A DNA stretch of 35,198 bases from Octopus bimaculoides (GCF_001194135.2 NC_068996.1:1558074-1593271); one strand, 5' to 3'. Positions 11,008-22,800 are shown, counted from the first letter of the stretch. Numbers and translations: made by a program. The notes: generated by a model from the sequence alone, not told the origin.

Positions 11008-12684
11008 TATATGTTACGATTCTGTGCCGCTACTGTTTATATCTCGCTCAGAGATTTAATATAAGCTACCTCTCTCTTTTACGAGATCAGCGACAGTTTG
11101 TCGCTAGAAAAGTATATAGTATACATATATATATTTGTCAGTAATAAATAACAATAATATCTACATATATCAATTCAATGCACAAGCGAAAGTGCTAGTT
11201 ATTGTTTCATGCTTTTATGATACTTTAACTAAGCATGTTATCTCCTATCTTGGCAATTGTTCTTACTCAAATATCAAAATTAACGGAAATTTAGCAAGAA
11301 ATAGCGGATACCATAGAAAATTAAAATATTACATTAACATTAAGAATATCTTCTATGTGAGTTCTGATGAAGCAGGTCTATGTTCATAAGTAATTCTAGC
11401 CTCCACCATACATTACATTTTGTGGTTTCTTATTTTGCTTGAAACACTAATTCCAATTAAATTTATTTGTCGGTTCCAATACTACATTGTAAGATATCAT
11501 TCGAGGAAAAATGGCCGATTGGTTTGTGATCCAGATGAATACATAATAGCATCTCTTCACTGAAGTAAATTAGTCTATTAATACAAATTATAAAAGTTGT
11601 CAATCAGCCAAATAGAAAAATACCTTTAGTTTAGGGGGAAAAGAAATGTTTTAAGCTTGAAATAATCGAAATTACACAGCCACTCCACGATGACTACAAA
11701 ACGCAAGTCAATGTTGCGGTAAGAAAAATAATACACTCACTAATGTTAGCTTTGATAAATAAAACTAAAATACATATCACGAATATAAATATATTTACAT
11801 CGCTATGCTTAAGTTAAAATAACAGTAAAATACTTAATTTGAATACTACTGAAGCAATGTGTTACTTGTCTATGTTCGAGTCACAATCAATTATATTACA
11901 TTGTTTCTACTTTAGTTGAACATATTCAAATACAAAATGACGAGAAAGGGTTAAATTATTTTTGAGACCAGAAACCAAAATTAATGGCAGTTGATAGAAG
12001 TATTAAGAGAGCTGACCTCAGTAACCTGAGAAAGAAGAGAAAAGGGCCAAGAATTTATGGAGTAAATTGATCATCTGAGAATCACTGTCGTAGAAATAGG
12101 GTGACAATGTGAGGTCAATGCTTTAAAGCCAAAAATCAATGAAAGTATTTTTAGCGTTAACTATGCGATTCAAAATATGAACCAAATCTGTCGACCCAAA
12201 TTTTTAAGAATTTGTTCTTAAAAGGGCCAACGACATCAAACAATAAATATTTTGAGGATATAATGAACTTAACTTTTGATCTGTTTATTTTTCTTGATGG
12301 AAAGAAATATTTTTTCCATTATGAGGCTTAAATGTAATATACTTTATTTCACATTTATGAGTCTTCTGTTAATGTATTATTTTTGTTATTTATTTTCTTT
12401 AGACTTCTTTTGCGTCATTGTAGCTCATATTTTTTAACATACATTTATATATTTATAAATTAATATTCACTTTGAAAATAAACACTCGCACCGAACATAT
12501 AATAGGGAAAGCGTTTCTAAAACAACACTGGGAAAAAAAAGGGAAACAAGAAGGATTTCCAAAACTTGTCAGTACATGCTATCATGATGATGCAAGGACA
12601 TAGCCAAATTGCAAAATACACTTACTGTCGTATTTGTATACATTATATGCAGAAATATAAAATACTTGCTTAAGGTTTCATTGT

Positions 12685-12699
12685 GTGTGTGTATATACT

Positions 12700-12740
<41 letters not shown>

Positions 12741-12971
12741 NNNNNNNNNNNNNNNNNNNNNNNNNNNNNNNNNNNNNNNNNNNNNNNNNNNNNNNNNNNN
12801 NNNNNNNNNNNNNNNNNNNNNNNNNNNNNNNNNNNNNNNNNNNNNNNNNNNNNNNNNNNNNNNNNNNNNNNNNNNNNNNNNNNNNNNNNNNNNNNNNNNN
12901 NNNNNNNNNNNNNNNNNNNNNNNNNNNNNNNNNNNNNNNNNNNNNNNNNNGTTTCTGTGTGTGTGTGCGTG

Positions 12972-13060
<89 letters not shown>

Positions 13061-13220
13061 GGATGGATAGAATTACCCACATAAAAAACATACATTCATT
13101 TACACACACACACACATATATATATATATACGTATACACAGACACACACATATATATACATACATGCATACACACATTCATACATACATACATACATACA
13201 TACATACATACATACATACC
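12685..13220. repeat. Microsatellite cluster (TA)n, (GA)n, (GATA)n, (CA)n, (TACA)n around a gap
   Basis: Direct reading. Confidence 0.9.
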
Positions 13221-14089
13221 CACAGACAAACTGAGACAGAAAACTGAAATAGTCATTTTTGATTTTCGGACTGAATTACTAATAATAACTCAGAGTAAGT
13301 AATGTGAAGTTTCATTTCCTAAAGCGTATATATTTCGACATTATGCATTTAGCATTGAAATATTTCTTTTCTCTTGCACAATGGTGTATTTCCACACCCG
13401 TCTACACACGCGCGCACTCATATATAAATACTTACTCATATACACATGTATTTGTTTGTAAATGATTTTTTTTTCTTTTTCGTGTGTGAATATGTGTGAA
13501 TGTTTTCTAGTCATCAGACATTTAATTGAACCTTTTTGCTCATAACATACGTGAATTAAGTGTAATCTGGCAGGGTGATGTTTTGTTGACCTCTTACACA
13601 ACAAACCAAACAACAATCTGTCTTCGAGTATCACATGAAAAATGTAAATAGCAATAAAAAGCCAGTCATTACAAGAATACATCAGATTTTTCAATTATCA
13701 TTTGCCTTCAATTATTCCAACCATTTGCCGCTATTTTTGTCATACCGCACACAAATATTTCTAGTAAATTTCTTTAGAGTTTTCGATCTCGTTAACTTTA
13801 TTTCCTTTTTATGACGTTTTTATTGTTGTTACTTTGTTTACTTCAGCATCTTAAAATATCTACATCTTATCGTCGATATATATTTTTGTTTGCATATTTA
13901 TGCACATGTACACACGCACCCACGCATACAGATATACATATATACATCTGAATATTTTTTCGCATTTAGAATTTACTCAGCTGCAAATATTCTTTCATTT
14001 TTTTTTCTTATGCCTCAAAAGTCTCTAAGCACTTAAACATATACATACACTTACATATACGAGCACATAAACGCATATTCATTTATCTG

Positions 14090-14165
14090 TCTCTGTCTCT
14101 CTGTCTCTCTGTGTTTCTCTCCCTCTCTCTCTCTATATATATATATATATGTATGTATGTATGTA

Positions 14166-14212
<47 letters not shown>

Positions 14213-14328
14213 NNNNNNNNNNNNNNNNNNNNNNNNNNNNNNNNNNNNNNNNNNNNNNNNNNATATATACATGTGTGTGTGTGTGTGTGTGTGTTTGCGT
14301 GTGTGTGTGTGTGTGTGTGTGCGTTTCT

Positions 14329-14375
<47 letters not shown>

Positions 14376-14554
14376 TAAACAATCTTACGTATACTTGTGT
14401 GAACGTGTGTATAACTCAATATGTACGTATGCACATATTGAGTTATACATTCATATGTGAATCTCTGTAGGTGTATATGTATTGTTGTACATGTATTATG
14501 CATTTGTCAATTTACTGGCAATTTTTACATTCTGGGTTGTACGTTCCTCTGTGT

Positions 14555-14601
<47 letters not shown>

Positions 14602-14635
14602 CGTGCGCGCGCGCGTGTGTGTTCGTCTGTGTGTG
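14090..14635. repeat. Microsatellite cluster (CT)n, (TA)n, (TG)n around a gap
   Basis: Direct reading. Confidence 0.85.
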
Positions 14636-16181
14636 CCACTGAAATTATTCTCTTATCTTTCTCACCTTATATCTATCTGTGACTCTTTCCCATCCCGTGT
14701 CTTTTTTAAACGTTATATGCAGACACACACACACACGCACACACACAGATGCCCATACACATACACGCATAGATACATACATGCATATTTACCAACGCAC
14801 ATAAAGTGATACATAGCACACGTGTGTGTGTGTGTACAAAGGGAGGGAGAGGTAGATGAAGAGCAGCATGCAGCCAGAAGAGGAAGCAGAGTGATGCCTG
14901 TGTGAGTTATATCTGTATGTGTATATATGTTTGTGTCCTGTTACACAAATTACCAAAACTCACAGAAGTAACAACATAGATAGAATCGTTATTCGCCATT
15001 TCTCCGGGAGTCTTAACCACAAAACCCCACCATCCTCTTCCTGTTTTTCTTTTCTCTTCCCCCCCCCTTTCTCTCTCACTCTTTCTATATGTCTGTCTAT
15101 TTGTTTGCGTGTTTTTATTTCCACTTTTTCGTTTTCATGTTCCCAATCTCGCCGTCAAATACTTAGCGTATTTTTGTCAGAAAAACGATGTAGTTTGAAA
15201 AGGAAATGTTTATATTTTTATTTACCAACCATTTATTCCTCTTCGAACTGTAGACATTACTACTATGGCAGCCAAGTGCAACGAACAATAAATAATAACA
15301 AGACAATAACAACAAAGAAATAAGACAAAAACAATATGACGATGACGATGACAATAAAGAGAGAGAGAGACAAAACTACTGCAGCCAAATCAAAATTATA
15401 TATAAATAAAAGAACTAAAAATATTTTTAAAAGATGAATCGACGAATGAAATAAAACATTTAAATAAAATATTGATACATACGGAAAAAAAACCCATTTA
15501 AAAACAAGTAATAACCCACAATAAATGTTATAAAAAAAAACAACATAAGAGAAATCACAACTACAACATCAACAAAAACAAAACAGCATCAATATTTTTT
15601 TCTGTTCTTATTTAAAAAATATTTTTTTATCATTGAAATGTTATTGGTGTCGCCTGTTAAGTTATATATCTGTCAACCTCCGTCGCTTTTTACTTCGCGT
15701 GTCCCCTTTATAAACAAAACTCCACCTTCTACGGAAATGTCTCTCTCTGTCTATATTTCGGTTTGTCTCTCTTCTTCATCTATATATTTGTATATTTTTA
15801 TATGTTGATATTTTTGCATATTTAAAAAAAGAAATAACGACGTTATCTACGTTTGTATTCGTGTCTACATTGTATGTAGTCATTTGTCCCCTGGCATGGT
15901 TTTCGCAATCATCCGTTTTTTAGTTACTAGCACGATCCCTCTGTGCAGTGTTCCCTCTGTGGCTGTGTGCTTTTATCCGCTAAATACACATACATACATA
16001 CATACATACGTGTGTGTGTCCGCGCGACGGCGTCACATACTCTCATTTACATGATGATATTTTTATTGGTCTTACAGTGTTTCCGTTTCTCTTCAGAAAT
16101 CCATCCTTCTCTTTTTTAGAGCAATGACTAACCACACATGATCTACTAACCATCCCTATCTATATTATCATTATTATCGAA

Positions 16182-16365
16182 GGTGGTGAGCTGGCAGAAT
16201 CGTTAGCATGCCGGGCGAAATGCTTAACGGTATTTCTCCCGTTGCTACGTTCTGAGCTCAAATTCTGCCGTGGTCGACTCTGCATTTCATCCTTTCGGAA
16301 TCGATGAATGAAATACCAGTTGAATACTGGCACCGATGTGACCGACTGTACCTATAGTAGAAATT
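16182..16365 (+). mobile_element. SINE family A
   Basis: GGTGGTGAGCTGGCAGAATCGTTAGC..GAGCTCAAATTC..GTCGACTCTGCATTTCATCCTTTCGG..; (ATT)n on both sides. Confidence 0.88.
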
Positions 16366-16384
16366 ATTATTATGATTATTATTA

Positions 16385-16467
16385 TTCAGGTCACTGCCAG
16401 GAATTGAGCTCGGAATCTTGGGGTTAGTAACCCACGCTCTTAACCACTACGCCATATGCCCGTGGGC
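16385..16467 (-). mobile_element. Inverted copy of the tRNA-like head of element D
   Basis: Reverse complement of 16474-16556; about 10 differences in the 75-bp outer arm. Confidence 0.85.
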
Positions 16468-16473
16468 TAACGT

Positions 16474-16740
16474 GCCTACGTGCATATGGCGTAGTGGTTA
16501 AGTGCGCTGCCTACTAACCCCAAGATTCTGAGTTCGATTCCAAGCAGTGACCTGAACACTAATAATAATAACAATAATAATAACAACAACATCGAAAAAT
16601 ACCTTAGGACTGAGAACCCAGGTTCGAAATTTCCCCAAGAAACTTGAAGACGGCTGGAGCGTATATCAGCCGAAACGTTGTGTTAACAACAAACAAGATG
16701 AGGACAAATATCCGTCGAATGTAAATAATGTAAAAAGATG
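16474..16740 (+). mobile_element. Element D: tRNA-like Pol III head + (AAT/AAC)n linker + hammerhead-bearing 3' part (SINE/retrozyme-like)
   Basis: A box TGGCGTAGTGG (16487), B box GAGTTCGATTCC (16530), CTACTAA loop; hammerhead fold at 16639-16684. Confidence 0.7.
16639..16684 (+). ncRNA. Minimal type-I hammerhead ribozyme motif, probably a decayed copy (U at position 3)
   Basis: Stem I GAAAC/GTGTT (one mismatch); core TTGAAGA; extra C; stem II GGCTG/CAGCC; GAAA; palindromic helix III AACGTT; GUU triplet. Confidence 0.7.
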
Positions 16741-16865
16741 TAAATATTAAGCTTTTTGTAGAAAGGATTATTATTATTATTGTTGTTATAATTATGATTA
16801 TTGTTGTTGTTGTTGGCATTATTATTATTATTATTTTTGTTGGTATTATTATTATTATTATTATT

Positions 16866-17166
16866 ATTCAGTAGTTTTATTTTTATAACGTGCTTTCACT
16901 TCACTACCGAGCGCAGCTCTGTGCGCCTTGGGTATGTGCTGTGGTTTGCTGTGGTGCTCTTATGTTTACTGTATTGAAAGTGTTTTGCGTAGAATGTGTG
17001 AAGTACCCAGTAGTGCAATTTTCTGTATGTTATATATATTTGTAAGTCCTGGTGTTTTTGTTATGTATTTGTCTGAATATTTTTTTATTATACCTAAGGC
17101 ACCTACTATGATAGGAATTGTTTCTGTTTTTAGATTCCACATTCGAGTTATCTCTATTTCCAGGTC

Positions 17167-17169
<3 letters not shown>
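16866..17169 (-). mobile_element. R4/Dong-clade LINE, 5'-truncated 3' end (restriction-like endonuclease C-terminus + 3' UTR + (AAT)n tail)
   Basis: KDLEIEITRMWNLKTETIPIIVGALGIIKK..IQKIALLGTSHILRKTLSIQ*; 3' UTR stem GGCGCA/TGCGCT; (TAA)n tracts on both sides. Confidence 0.88.
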
Positions 17170-17216
<47 letters not shown>

Positions 17217-17421
17217 GGCGGCGAGCTGGCAGAATCGTTGGCGTGACAGGCAAAAACATTTACCGGATTTTCGTCCGTCCTTACGTTCTGAGTTCGAAAG
17301 ACCGCCGAGGTCGACTTTGTCATTCCTGACTTGAAAAAATAAGCACCAGTTATGCAGTGGGGTCGATGTAATCGACTTACCCCTCCACCAAATATCAGGC
17401 CTTGTGTCTATAGTAGAAAGG
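17217..17421 (+). mobile_element. SINE family A
   Basis: GGCGGCGAGCTGGCAGAATCGTT..GAGTTCGAAAG..GGGGTCGATGTAATCGACTT..GTAGAAAGGATT. Confidence 0.88.
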
Positions 17422-17435
17422 ATTATCAATATTAA

Positions 17436-17646
17436 GGCGAGTAGCTGGCAAGATCGTTAGCGCACCGGCAAATGCTCAGCAGTATTTTGTCTGTCTTTAC
17501 TCTTTTAGTTCAAATTCCGCCGAGGTTGACTTTACTTTTAAATCGTTTCGTGGTGGATAAATCAACTACAAGTGAAACACTGGGATCGATGTAATCGACT
17601 TGTCCCCCGCCTCCAAAATTTCACACCTTGTGCCTTTAGTAGAAAA
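17436..17646 (+). mobile_element. SINE family A (tandem second copy)
   Basis: Same motifs; starts in the ATT tail of the previous copy. Confidence 0.85.
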
Positions 17647-17699
17647 TATTATTATAATTATAGTTGTGGTTGTTGTTGTTCCTGTTGTTGCTAGTCTTT

Positions 17700-19690
17700 C
17701 GTTCGTTCTAACGGAATGAACGCTTTTGTTTACTCAAAAGTCTTTTGCCTTTGATTTTGTCTCCAAATGTTGTTTATTGATTATTTTGTTACAAAACGGT
17801 TGTCGAAACCACCACCTTGCATACGTTACGGCTGGTCTTGCCGTTTGTGCCCCTTTAGGAGCTCAAATCCGAAGAGAAACTATTCTTTTGTTTCGAAAAA
17901 AATTAATTCCATAAACAAACATGGCGAAGACAGTGTTGCTGAAATACATGAAAGAGGAAGTAAGAGGTAGCTCTGATAGAGAGGAGCAAGACGCGGTAGT
18001 GCCCTTTTTTTTATACACAAATAAGAGGGAAGGCGAGGACCCACAAAGCTCAGCAGACCAAATTACCTCTAAAACAACGAACAGCAGCAGCAGAAGATCC
18101 AGTGACATCACAGCACAAAGAATTAATTTAAATTACTTAGTTGAAATCCTCGCGATAAATTGGACTATATTAAAGTCATCAATCAGCACTAGAAACAACA
18201 GGTCAACGAACACGTTTGCAATTTACTCTGCCAACGAATAACATTAGGAAAGCAGAAAAAAAAACAAAAGCAACTTCAATCATTCTATTGTGAATAACAA
18301 CGATAAGAACAGCAAAAACAAAAATACATTCGCAGCTACAGCTTCGAAAAGCACAGAGCTATTTAAGATGGACATCCTCCGGAACGACATTTTTCTAGTT
18401 GGAGCAAGTAAATTGATAAGGCTGAACACAGCCATCCACAACACCCTCCTGAGTTGTTGGCAGAAGCCCCCCCCCCAAAAAAAAAAGACTGTTATATATA
18501 TAGGTGTTTCTTAGCACAAAGCGGCCGGAGACGTCTAGTCAGGTAGATGTGAAAGGTGTACTGAAAGACATAATGCCCGATATTCGACATGTCTTCAGGG
18601 CGAAACAGTTTGCGGGGTTTTCGGTGCTCTTCAAGTCTGAAGCTCTGGCCGCCAACTCAGTGGTTCCCTGTCGGAGCGACATATATATATATATATATAT
18701 ATATATAAGTACCCCACCCATCGTATTGAAGGAGGAAAATTGTGTGCATACAGATCGCAGAAATTCCACGTTGGAGGTAAATTTATAGTGAATAGTTTTG
18801 GAAAGGAAACGGGACCGTCGCGAAAATTGGTCTGGGATTATTCTGGTGATGCTACTATACATTAAACCAGACGCGAACTATAAGATCTCAGACTTCATTC
18901 ACCTTCGAGGAAGGGACGAGCTACACTACAGTTGAGCGTATGTAGCGAGACAGGCCACAAGAACATTTTCTGTTCCCTACAGAAGACAAGGAGTCACGGA
19001 AGCCTCTTATTGCCCACACCGGGTTCGAAAAACCTCAATAATCAGACCAGCAACGAACATCAAAAAGCAGCTTCAGCACCGGAAACAATGGCATCATCAA
19101 TAACAGGTACAGCAAAGTCAGTAAACGTCGCAAGATCACCAACATCAACAACACTAACAAGACCAACAACACCAACAACACTAACAACACGAACAACAGA
19201 TGTACCACCACCACACCCTTGCACAGCCAAATAATAATAAAATTGACACACACAACATCCAGGGCTTTCCCAATGAAGCTCTCCCACTCACTCTCTCCGT
19301 TTACTCCAAACCCAAATACTTTCATAGACACACTCTGATTCCACAGACACAGATTCGTCTGAAACACGCAGTTAACATGAGGGAGAAGCTAGAAACAAAT
19401 TAACAGAAAACAAAAAAACGAAAAGAAATCACAATAAAACATCATGTTCCACATCAATACAAGTACCTAAAAACAATAACTCGCTCATAGCAGCCATAGA
19501 AACACCACTGGCATCACCAATTTCTACATCACCGCCATCACAGCCAGGTCTTCCAACATGACCACCACTGCAACAACCCATGTAAACTCTCAACAACAAT
19601 AACAATCCACACAAACACAAAATGTCGTAGTAGTGAGAAAGACCAACAAACAATTGATGGCCCTCGTAGCATGAAGGCCAGGCTGTTAGC
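17700..19690 (+). mobile_element. Probable 5' UTR and decayed ORF1 of an L1/Tx1-like LINE
   Basis: AAACATGGCG start at 17921; degenerate zinc knuckle (L)SVCSETGHKNIFC at 18932-18973; Thr/Pro/Ser-rich tail; runs directly into Tx1-type RT; interrupted by microsatellites and stops. The 5' boundary and assignment of 17921-18500 are uncertain. Confidence 0.6.
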
Positions 19691-20425
19691 CAAGAGGCTG
19701 GCATTTGTCGTCGATAAGCTGGCATTTTTCGCGCAAATACATGCTATCCCCAATAGGTATCTCGACAACAATCTTCCCCTCACTATATAGGAAGGGTAAG
19801 GGAGGAATCCGGCATGGATGGACCATCGTTCGTATGGTCCATCAATGATACCCACTCTCTTCCCCTCTGCATGTGCTAGCTCGGGAACTATTACTAAGGA
19901 AGTTACATCTTTCAAGGAGCATCCCGCGTGATCTAGTATGCGGAAGGTTCGTATCGGCTTATATAGTAATAGTGTCGAACAGCTCGGAAATCGAAGTGAT
20001 CGGCATTGACTTAAGGGTGTACGAAGCAGTGACAGAAGCAAAGATTAATCATTACAACTCGGTGGGCCTGCAGCACGGTACCTGGAGAGGCAGGTCAATG
20101 CCAACCGAGCGCGTCGTAAGGCGCTTGACGGAAGGACCGGTTAAATTGCTCGGGGTCTGGTTTGGTCCGGATCTCCAAGCGGACAAGAACTGATGGGAGG
20201 TGTCGAGCAGGGTGGTCAGTCTCACCCAGAAATGAGTAGAAAGGAATCTATGCCTGAAGGATCGGGTAGTGAAGGGAATGCGTACATGACTTCCGTCATC
20301 TATTACCGCCTGACCGTTGTCCCCTGCCCTGCTTCGTGGTTGATTAAGCTGGATCGCTGGCTCTACCATTTTCTGTGAAAAAGGCGAGTTCCATTCATCA
20401 GACGCTCCATCTGATGTCAACAGCA
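19690..20425 (+). mobile_element. L1/Tx1-like ORF2 fragment 1 (RT and thumb), pseudogenised; endonuclease missing
   Basis: AQIHAIPNRYLDNNL..LLLRKL..VSAY(ADD lost)IVIVS..YEAVTEAKIN..SVGLQHGTWRG..GPVKLLGVWFGPDLQ..YYRLTVVPCP..FL*KRRVPFIRRSI. Confidence 0.9.
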
Positions 20426-20444
20426 TATGGACAGCAAATGGTTG

Positions 20445-21770
20445 TTTGCTCTAAAAAGGGTAATTAGAGTATAATCAGTTAGGTTTAGTAAGGTATTAGT
20501 GATGGAAAGAAATAAAATAAAAGAGAGCTTAGAAACTTAGAAGAGGCGTTACAGAAAGGAATTGCAACCGACATGCTGGCCACGGGATTGGCTCTGGAAC
20601 AATTCTTCAACGCTAAACACGATGATTGCATTGTCAGAGCCATGTTGCGTGTTTTAAGAAACGAGGTAACTAAAGCCGCTCGGTGGGCCCGAGTGGCATA
20701 GGCTCAACGTGACAGCAAATCCTTTATTCAGTCTTTGGTTGAACGAAATTGGGGACACGGTGCCCGAGCCCAAGGAGATGTGTTCGACATTTCAGCAGCA
20801 CTTCACCCAATTGTTTGAGATGAATGGCAGTCCAGAACGCAGCACGGACTTCAATGCTTAATTCGATAGCATGCCACGACTTTCGGCAAGCGAGTGAAGT
20901 GTTGCTAAATGCCAATAACAGCTACGGAAATACGGGATACGATTATGGGTTTAACGGGGGTGGAGGAATCAGCTGGTTTGAATGGTCTGGTTTATGAGCT
21001 TTACTTTTATATGCCAGACTTGTTTGATTGCCTTTTAACAGATATCTGCCACAACTGGCAACAGAACGGGAGAATTCCCAATTCTGTAAGTTGAAAAGAA
21101 GTGGGACTGCTGAAAAAGGACCCAAACAAAGGAGATCAAGTAGAAACATTTTAGCCCATAACACTGCTGATCACAGACATCAAAATTTTGGACAAGGTGC
21201 TCGAAAAACTTTGGCGCTTCTAGTTGAAGAACTCAATGGTGATGCACAAACGTGATCCATCCCAAGCAGATCCATCCACAGCAACCTCCACTGCATACGA
21301 TACATCATAGACAAGATGGGTAACCAAGCTGGCATGGGCTCTGATAATTTTGGATCAGTGTAAATACATCACCAATACTTCACGGCTGTTCTCACGGTGG
21401 CCGGTCTTGGGCCTGTTTTCGGTGGCTGGATCGCTGCAGTGTACGACATATGCACGGTAGTTCGGGTGAATGGTTATCTATCGGAATCATTCAGTATCAT
21501 GCTGTCCTTTCTCGTCACTACTGCGGAGATTGGAGGCGTTGAGAGGCATCCCACACGAACTAGAATGTGGGAGAACTGTATTGGCATCTGCAGACAACTT
21601 CACAGTCAAAGTGTCGAATGGTAGACACATAGACCTAGTTGGTCCTGTTCTAAAAGAATAACAGGCGTTGACAGAAGCAAAAATTAACCAAGAAATGACT
21701 GTGGGCCTGCAGCTCTGCTCATAGAGATGTAGGTTCTTACCATACCACTTCGTGTCATCGGGCGTTCACA
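20445..21770 (+). mobile_element. L1/Tx1-like ORF2 fragment 2 (post-endonuclease linker to RT domain 7), pseudogenised
   Basis: KWLFALKRVIR..PITATEIRD..SAGLNGLVYELY..WQQNGRIP..PITLLITDIKIL..SIPSRSIHSNLH..GLGPVFGGWIAAVY..VRVNGYLSESF..LASADNFTV..EAKINQE. Confidence 0.9.
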
Positions 21771-22800
21771 GTCCTCTGTCAGTCAGGCACTGACAGAGGC
21801 GGGGGTATTGTTTTCATTGGTGATGGTTTGTTTGTCTGTGGACAAGATATCCCAAGAACCGCTGGATGGATTCAAATGAAATTTTCAGGGAAGTTTGCCC
21901 TCGTGACTGGCACGAACACAGTAGATTTTGCGATCGACCCAGTATAGGACAAGGATTCTGGATTATTTGTTATATTTACTTTACATGAAGTATTACAATC
22001 TTACGTTGACTTTCAAGTCTTTCTCTGATTATCTTATGATTTCCATGTAAGTTACGGTGGCGTTGCTGTTTCCAAAGTTTTATTATCGATTCTCCTTTAT
22101 TAATTTTACTCGCATCTCTGTCTTAGTAGAAACTGACAGATATAGAAATCAAACTACAAAATCAAACGGCAGTATTACCTTTCAGAAATTAAATAACACT
22201 AACATATTGAGTAACAATAATAAATTTAATTTATCCTCGACAATTTTTAGTTTTACCAATTTTGAATATATTGCTCCTGTTTAAAACTTCTTGCCTATTT
22301 CACAATTACATTTCTAGCTCTGCCTTGAAGGATGCTTTACTTCTTGGACTCACGTTTTTGTGCGCAACAATGTTGTTAAACCTCCATTAACAGCACTGTA
22401 AGCAGGTGCTTTCCGTTTTCTTTCACGCACAGATAAATATCTAGCTACAGACCTTAGTAGTCGTAAAGACACTATATCAGTGGATAGCCTAAAAAAGGCC
22501 TACATGGAGAAAACTTCCCTGTTCCCACTGCAGACGAGACACACAACATTACAAACTCGGTCCGTACACATGACTATCTATGGGATCGATCAGGTACCGA
22601 ACATGGATTCTAGATTATTTTTCGGTTTTTGTTTTTTAAATAAATTTTGAGAGCGATCGGGTTCATTTTTAGTATACTCGTTTGTGAGAGCAGTCGAGTT
22701 TATTTCAGATATTCTCATTTTAAAAATCACCTCCGGCTAATCGTTAGGAGGACGCTGGTTTTGCCTTGGCAGAGATTTGCGCTCTCTGAGTGCTCTTGTT
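21771..22800 (+). mobile_element. Helentron-associated non-autonomous element (HINE/DINE-1-like) with about 600 bp of extra internal DNA
   Basis: 5' hairpin CCTCTGTCAGT/ACTGACAGAGG, GTTT repeat, body homologous to 31281-31663, 3' CCTTGGCAGAGA, stem-loop GCGCTC-TCT-GAGTGC (22779-22793), T-rich end. Confidence 0.7.

Noticed and set aside
16484-16556. Possible tRNA-Ser(ACT) gene
   Set aside because: No acceptor-stem pairing, weak T stem, an AAT tail and an inverted duplicate; it is a tRNA-derived repeat head.
17921-18241. 106-aa ORF with good start context as a host gene
   Set aside because: It lies directly upstream of Tx1-type ORF1/ORF2 remnants and is better explained as decayed LINE ORF1; no recognisable domain.
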